Assembly (NCBI GenBank): GCA_020723105.1
Contig: DYJL01000006.1
Span: 64,689 to 128,688, forward strand
Direction: 5' to 3'
Length of the DNA: 64,000 bases
Origin: Nitrospira japonica
Lineage (GTDB): Bacteria; Nitrospirota; Thermodesulfovibrionia; UBA6902
The position numbers and the translations under genes were made by a program. Under the pieces are notes generated by a model that had not been told where the DNA came from, made no database searches, and saw only the letters and a list, made by a program, of their open reading frames with translations. Numbering within the stretch: position 1 is the stretch's first letter; each line of letters opens with the position of its first letter. This document shows positions 58,629 to 64,000 of the stretch, one piece after another.

Positions 58629-61154
58629 ATGTCTGACAATGAGATTAAATTAAAAAGAGTGGATCTTCCTGTTACTGGCATGTCCTGTGCTGTCTGTGCC
58701 TCAAGAATTCAGAAGGCCCTTGCGCAATTAAAGGGCGTTGATAATGCGGCAGTTAATTTTGCTGCTGAGAAGGCTACGATTTTTTATAATCCTTCCGAAA
58801 TATCCCCGGATGAGTTTATCAAGACAATTAGAGAGCAGGGATACGGTGTTTCAACTTCCAGAATAACTCTGCCTGTAAAAGGCATGACGTGCGCCTCCTG
58901 TGTAAAGAGGGTGCAGGATGCGCTGTCTTTCCTGAATGGCGTTTTATCGGCTGAGGTCAATTTTGCAACGGAACAGGCTTCAGTCGAATACATTCCCGGG
59001 CTTGTCGGAATCCGGGATTTCAAAAGGGTCATCCGGGATGCGGGTTATGACATTGTTGAGGTGAGAGAAGGAGAGGACATTGTTGAAAAGGAGAAAAGAG
59101 AAAGGGAAGAGGAATTCAGGAGGCTCAGGGTCAAGTTAATTGCCGGGACCCTATTAACCATACCAATTCTCGTGCTTGCGTTTTCGGGTATGACCGGCCT
59201 TCCTTTCCTCACTCAGCTACCGAAGCAGATTAATTTTCTTATCCAGTTGACCCTGGCAACGCCTGTTCAGTTCTGGGTGGGGCGGCAGTTTTATGCCGGC
59301 GCTCTGATTGCGGTGCGTCACAGAACTACGAACATGAACACCCTGATTGCGGTCGGCACTTCGGCTGCGTACGTTTACAGTATTACGGCTACGTTTTTCC
59401 CGGCCCTGTTTGAAATAAGAGGCTATTCGGCAGAGGCTTATTATGACACTGCTGCAACGATTATCATTCTCATTCTGCTTGGAAGGTTTTTTGAGGCGAA
59501 GGCAAAGGGCAGGACTTCAGAGGCTATTAAAAAACTCATAGGTCTTCAGCCTAAGACGGCCAGAGTGATAAGAAAGGGTTCGAGGGTCCAAGGGTTCGAG
59601 GGTTCAAGGGTTGAAAGTTTGAAAGTTGAGGAGGAAGAAGTGGATATTCCGGTAGAGGATGTGGAACCAGGCGATATCATCCTTGTCAGGCCCGGTGAGA
59701 AAATACCGGTGGATGGTGTTGTGACAGAAGGGTATTCAGCAGTTGATGAATCCATGATATCAGGCGAGTCTATACCTGTTGAGAAAAAATCAGGAGATAG
59801 AGTAATCGGCGCGACAATAAATAAAACAGGCTCCTTCAAATTTGAAGCTACAAATATCGGGAGAAACACCATGCTTTCCCAGATCATAAATATGGTTCAG
59901 GAGGCGCAGGGGGCAAAGCCCCCTATTGCCAGGCTTGCAGATAAAATATCATCAGTATTTGTGCCGGTTGTCATGGCGATTGCATCTGTTACATTTATCA
60001 TATGGTATTTGTTCGGACCCGAGCCGTCATTTACATATGCCTTGCTGAATTTCATAGCGGTTCTGATTATTGCATGTCCCTGTGCCCTGGGACTTGCCAC
60101 GCCAACGTCAATAATGGTAGGCACGGGAAAGGGCGCTGAGAACGGCATACTGATAAGAGGCGGAGAGGCCCTGGAGACAGCGCATAAAATCACCACAGTT
60201 GTTCTGGATAAAACCGGCACGATCACTAAAGGGGAACCGGAAGTGACAGATGTTGTAACAAGTGACGAGGGGCCAGGGGCCAGGTCGGTATTGCTGCAAC
60301 TTGCTGCATCAGCGGAGAAGAATTCAGAGCATCCTCTTGGAGCGGCGATTGTAAAAAAGGCCCGGGAATCCGGCCTTGAATTGCAGGAGCCGGCAAGTTT
60401 TCAGGCCGTGCCAGGACAGGGCATCAGGGCAGAGATTAACGGGAAAACTGTTTGTCTTGGCAATGCAAGTTTTATGAAGAATGAGGGCATATCCATTGAC
60501 AGTCTCGCAAAAAGGGCTGAACAATTGTCCGTAGATGGAAAGACTTCAATGTATATATCAGCAGACGGAGTTGCGTCAGGCCTGATTGCTGTAGCTGATA
60601 CTTTAAAGGAGAATTCCGTTGACGCAATCAAATCCCTTCACAAGCTTGGTATGGAAGTAATAATGATTACAGGAGACAATAAAAGGACTGCAAATGCAAT
60701 TGCGCAGCAGGTTGGAATAGACAGTGTGTTGGCCGAGGTGCTTCCGGAAGACAAGGCAAAAACGATAAAGGGTCTTCAGGAGGAAGGGCGCATTGTTGCC
60801 ATGATTGGCGACGGCATAAACGATGCACCTGCGCTGGCCCAGGCAGACGTTGGCATAGCCATTGGAACAGGCGCTGACGTAGCGATGGAAGCTTCTGACA
60901 TTACCCTGATCGGCGGGGATCTAAGAGGGGTTGTTGCTTCTTTAGCCTTGTCCAGTGCCACGATTAGAAATATAAAACAGAATCTTTTCTGGGCGTTTGC
61001 CTATAACGTTATACTCATACCGGTTGCAACCGGGGTCTTCTTCCCTTTTTTTGGAATTCTCCTTAATCCCATGCTTGCTGCATTTGCAATGGGCCTGTCA
61101 TCGGTTACTGTTGTAACAAATGCGCTGCGGCTGAAACGGTTCAGAATTATATAA
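58629..61154 (+). CDS. copA: copper-translocating P1B-type ATPase
   Basis: Two HMA domains ([22 protein letters not shown]), CPC in TM6, [13 protein letters not shown]; start set to ATG (MSDNEIK) rather than the upstream TTG. Confidence 0.9.
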   Translation: MSDNEIKLKRVDLPVTGMSCAVCASRIQKALAQLKGVDNAAVNFAAEKATIFYNPSEISPDEFIKTIREQGYGVSTSRITLPVKGMTCASCVKRVQDALSFLNGVLSAEVNFATEQASVEYIPGLVGIRDFKRVIRDAGYDIVEVREGEDIVEKEKREREEEFRRLRVKLIAGTLLTIPILVLAFSGMTGLPFLTQLPKQINFLIQLTLATPVQFWVGRQFYAGALIAVRHRTTNMNTLIAVGTSAAYVYSITATFFPALFEIRGYSAEAYYDTAATIIILILLGRFFEAKAKGRTSEAIKKLIGLQPKTARVIRKGSRVQGFEGSRVESLKVEEEEVDIPVEDVEPGDIILVRPGEKIPVDGVVTEGYSAVDESMISGESIPVEKKSGDRVIGATINKTGSFKFEATNIGRNTMLSQIINMVQEAQGAKPPIARLADKISSVFVPVVMAIASVTFIIWYLFGPEPSFTYALLNFIAVLIIACPCALGLATPTSIMVGTGKGAENGILIRGGEALETAHKITTVVLDKTGTITKGEPEVTDVVTSDEGPGARSVLLQLAASAEKNSEHPLGAAIVKKARESGLELQEPASFQAVPGQGIRAEINGKTVCLGNASFMKNEGISIDSLAKRAEQLSVDGKTSMYISADGVASGLIAVADTLKENSVDAIKSLHKLGMEVIMITGDNKRTANAIAQQVGIDSVLAEVLPEDKAKTIKGLQEEGRIVAMIGDGINDAPALAQADVGIAIGTGADVAMEASDITLIGGDLRGVVASLALSSATIRNIKQNLFWAFAYNVILIPVATGVFFPFFGILLNPMLAAFAMGLSSVTVVTNALRLKRFRII
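59576..59630 (+). repeat. in-frame tandem repeat (16-bp unit gggttcgagggtycaa x2 plus gttgaaag x2) inside copA
   Basis: Encodes the low-complexity insertion [18 protein letters not shown] in the actuator domain, between the conserved RKG and [15 protein letters not shown]. Confidence 0.6.
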
Positions 61155-61234
61155 AGGTTGTTTCCCTGCATTTAAGATATCCTGCTGTTATACCGATATT
61201 TTATTAACTGAAATAATTTTCGGAGAGGGATAAT

Positions 61235-62854
61235 TTGTTGAACCTGAAGTTAAAAGGCATTGCAAAAAAAGACAATATGTACGTCCAGAGCGATGCTGCG
61301 TTGGCAGACCTGATTAATTTAATGAATGAAAATCAGAAAGGCGTGGTGGTGATACTCAAAGATGAGAAACCCGCAGGGATCCTTACCGAGAGGGATGTTG
61401 TTGAGTTTTTGTATAACAGTGCCGACCTGAATGAAAAAGTTGAGAAGTATGCATCGAAGACGCTTATTTCTACAAAAGGTGAGAGGACCGTAGGATATGC
61501 CTTGAACCTGACACTGGAGAATAATATAAGAAGGGTGATTGTCACTGACGATGAGGGCCGGTTTCTTGGCATTGTTACCCAGCATGACCTTCTCAAATAT
61601 CTTGAGGAAGATTTTTACCGGTTATTTATCAAAGTAAAACATATAGTGAGGAAAACAGGGAATTTGATAAGCATTTCTCCAGAAGGGTCTTTGCAGGACG
61701 TTTTGAGGAAAATGATTGAAAACAGGGTCAGCGCCATCCCCGTAATACATGACGGAAAAGCAGCAGGAATAATTACAGAAAAAGATATATTGAGACTGAC
61801 GTGTGAAAAAGTTTCTCTCCAGGGAAAGGTTTGTAATTATATGATAAGTCCGGTCGAGACAGCCTATATGGATACACCGCTTGCCGAAGTTGTAGAAGTC
61901 ATGAACTTTGAAAACATAAGGAGAGTGGTTGTTGTTGATAAAGACGGTGTTGCAGTGAACATAGTTACGATCAGGGATGTTATGGAGAATCTGGAAAGTG
62001 ATTACAATAAATTTCTTGAGAGAAAACTCAGGAATGCGAAAGAGATTCTTAATATATTTCCTGAAATGCTGATTGAAATAGTTGATGTGGGATCAGAACA
62101 ATTCATCATCTGGGCCAATGAAAAGATTATAAACAGATTCGGCCAGGAAATCCTGGATAAGCCGGTCACAGATTTTCTTCCAAAGGAGAGCTGGGACAGG
62201 ATTTATACCGCCTTAAAGAAATTAAATAAAATTGAGCGAATAAATCTGAAGAAAGGCGATCAGGTCTTTGAGCTTTCAGGATTCTCTTTGAAGACGTATG
62301 AAGATGAAGAGCAGGGCAGGTTTCAGATCATGATAAGAGATATCACCGAAGATATTAAATTGTCTACAGTAGACCCGCTTACAACCTGTTATAACAGAAG
62401 GTTTATCAACGGCTTCTTAATGAAGGAAATAGAAAGGTGCAAGAGAACCAATCATCATTTTTCAGTTGTTATATCTGACATAGATGATTTCAAGATAATA
62501 AATGACACCTACGGACATTTATCAGGAGATGCGGCACTTAAAGCCATAGCGCAGCTTATAATAGATACCGTGAGAAACCTGGATGTTGTGGGACGGTATG
62601 GAGGGGATGAATTTATGATAATTCTCCCTGAAACCTCAGGCGACATAGCCTCTTATGTTATTGACAGGCTCAGGCACAAGATAGAATGTCTGGAGATAAT
62701 GCTCCCGAAGGGAATAAAGGTGAAAATAACGTGCAGCTTTGGCATATCAACTTTCCCGAATGACGGAATGGATGCAGATGATCTGCTGGTTACGGCTGAT
62801 GAAAGACTATATAAAGCAAAAAGCATGGGGAAAAATAAAATCGCCTGCATGTAA
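61235..62854 (+). CDS. CBS-pair / PAS / GGDEF diguanylate cyclase
   Basis: Four CBS motifs, PAS-like middle, RYGGDEF active site and RxxD I-site-like region; TTG start. Confidence 0.8.
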   Translation: MLNLKLKGIAKKDNMYVQSDAALADLINLMNENQKGVVVILKDEKPAGILTERDVVEFLYNSADLNEKVEKYASKTLISTKGERTVGYALNLTLENNIRRVIVTDDEGRFLGIVTQHDLLKYLEEDFYRLFIKVKHIVRKTGNLISISPEGSLQDVLRKMIENRVSAIPVIHDGKAAGIITEKDILRLTCEKVSLQGKVCNYMISPVETAYMDTPLAEVVEVMNFENIRRVVVVDKDGVAVNIVTIRDVMENLESDYNKFLERKLRNAKEILNIFPEMLIEIVDVGSEQFIIWANEKIINRFGQEILDKPVTDFLPKESWDRIYTALKKLNKIERINLKKGDQVFELSGFSLKTYEDEEQGRFQIMIRDITEDIKLSTVDPLTTCYNRRFINGFLMKEIERCKRTNHHFSVVISDIDDFKIINDTYGHLSGDAALKAIAQLIIDTVRNLDVVGRYGGDEFMIILPETSGDIASYVIDRLRHKIECLEIMLPKGIKVKITCSFGISTFPNDGMDADDLLVTADERLYKAKSMGKNKIACM

Positions 62855-62965
62855 CCAGTGTAAAAGATCAGCTTAAGCCGCTTAAACCGTTTTCTTCTAC
62901 ACCCTCCCCCTACACGCTATTCCCTGCTATAATACGTACTAACAGGCTGCTGAAAAAGTCTGTAA

Positions 62966-63091
62966 TTGTCATTGCGAGGAGCGTATTTTGCGACGAAGCA
63001 ATCTCAAACTTATTGATTTATAAAGAAGTGAGTTTGCGGAGTTTATCCCGAGCGGTAAAGAAAGATTGCTTCGCTTCGCTCGCAATGACAA
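62966..63091. repeat. MITE-like palindromic element (TTGTCATTGCGAG...CTCGCAATGACAA), 126 bp
   Basis: About 35-bp nested terminal inverted repeats (gtcattgcgaggagcg...cgaagcaatc / gattgcttcg...ctcgcaatgac); generates the spurious N-terminal extension MLRFARNDK of ORF 63066. Confidence 0.6.
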
Positions 63092-63164
63092 GCGAGGGAT
63101 CTGCTCGCAAAGACAGCTAAAATACTTTTTCAGCAATCTAAAATTACGCAAGGAGGAAACAATT

Positions 63165-63662
63165 ATGGCTGATGAACATTCATTCGATATTGTCAGCAAG
63201 GTTGATTTACAGGAAGTATCAAATGCCGTTCAGCAGGCCCTGAAGGAAATGGGGCAGCGGTTTGACTTCAGGGGAAGCAAGAGCAGTATAGAGCTTGATA
63301 AGGTAAAGAATGAAATCCTTCTCATATCTGACGATGAATATAAACTGAAAAGCGTTGTTGATATGCTGCAGAGCAAACTCATTAAAAGGCAGGTGCCTTT
63401 AAAGGCGTTGAGTTACGGGAAGGTCGAGCCGGCAGCATCGAACACCGTAAGGCAGATTGTAACTCTTCAACAGGGCGTTCCAACTGAAAAGGCCAAAGAG
63501 ATTGTAAAAATCATCAAGGATACAAAGCTTAAGGTACAGTCAGAGATCCAAAAGGACCAGTTGCGTGTCAGGGCCAAAAAGATAGACGACCTGCAGGCTG
63601 TAATGAAGATCTTGCGGGAGAAGGATTTGGGTATTCATATAGATTTTGCGAATTACAGGTGA
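63165..63662 (+). CDS. yajQ: YajQ-family (UPF0234) nucleotide / cyclic-di-GMP-binding protein
   Basis: MADEHSFDIVSKVDLQEV... is the YajQ N-terminus; AGGAGG RBS 8 nt upstream; the ORF-track start at 63066 is repeat-derived. Confidence 0.75.
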   Translation: MADEHSFDIVSKVDLQEVSNAVQQALKEMGQRFDFRGSKSSIELDKVKNEILLISDDEYKLKSVVDMLQSKLIKRQVPLKALSYGKVEPAASNTVRQIVTLQQGVPTEKAKEIVKIIKDTKLKVQSEIQKDQLRVRAKKIDDLQAVMKILREKDLGIHIDFANYR

Positions 63663-63762
63663 AGCAGAAAACAGTTTATGAATTATTTGCTTTATGATGC
63701 GTATCATACCAATTGGATATTCTAATAAGGCATTATTAAAAAAAATCAATGGAGGTGTACAA

Positions 63763-64000
63763 ATGGGAAGTTGTGGTAGCTGCAGTTCTGGTGCGGGCCC
63801 TTTTTCTGAAGGAAAGGAACTGGTGGAATTCGTTTATAACGCACACGGAGGCGCCATTAAGGAGCAGCCTCTTCCAATCGAATTGAAAACGAAATGTCAG
63901 GGTTGTGGAGAGCCTTTTACTCTGAAAACTTTTGTAGGAAAATGTCCTAAATGCGGAGGGGTTCACGCAGTATCACCGCCACGCTGTGAAAATCCTGCCA
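63763..64000 (+). CDS. small Cys-rich zinc-ribbon-like protein (partial, continues beyond window)
   Basis: GGAGGTG RBS; MGSCGSCSSG...CQGCGEPF...CPKCGG...C; no stop before the window end. Confidence 0.45.
   Translation, partial: MGSCGSCSSGAGPFSEGKELVEFVYNAHGGAIKEQPLPIELKTKCQGCGEPFTLKTFVGKCPKCGGVHAVSPPRCENPA

Noticed and set aside
63066-63164. N-terminal extension MLRFARNDKRGICSQRQ... of the yajQ ORF
   Set aside because: Encoded by the MITE-like repeat; the real start is the ATG at 63165 with an AGGAGG RBS.

Overview
This 64 kb window is mostly core genome from an AT-rich (about 40% GC), probably anaerobic, Gram-negative bacterium. About 60 protein genes are packed on both strands, and nearly all are housekeeping. 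On the minus strand these include gatC, pcrA/uvrD, glmS-glmU, rpmB, the multidomain CCA enzyme, rpoD and rluD. On the plus strand they include tig-clpP-clpX, the infB-DUF503-rbfA-nrnA-truB block, a four-subunit 2-oxoacid:ferredoxin oxidoreductase (porGDAB), a complete tolQ-tolR-tolA-tolB-pal-cpoB cluster, argG, dprA-topA, rpsU, a galT-like HIT enzyme and a CopA-type P1B ATPase. There is one tRNA (tRNA-Asn, GTT) and no rRNA or CRISPR array. Non-core content is concentrated in five places: (a) a signalling island with a sigma-54 two-component pair plus a second, truncated sigma-54 regulator at the window edge, all three carrying Cys-motif PAS domains, with two small Cys-rich proteins, a STAS-like protein and a 90-aa unknown wedged between the pair and rpoD; (b) a decayed, internally deleted IS5/IS1182-like element with intact inverted repeats and a frameshifted transposase N-terminus; (c) a dispersed palindromic repeat family with TTGTCATTSC...GSAATGACAA termini at four loci; (d) heptamer (AGTNGTC) tandem arrays that form stem-loops in three intra-operon spacers; (e) several unusual architectures, namely an rSAM/SPASM-GT2 pair upstream of glmU-glmS, DUF72 with a histone-H1-like tail, a chemoreceptor with a CxxCH haem site and a C-terminal CZB zinc domain, an orphan FlhB-C plus FliK-like pair, and a tandem-repeat insertion inside copA. 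All calls rest on reading motifs by eye in the supplied translations; no database search was possible.
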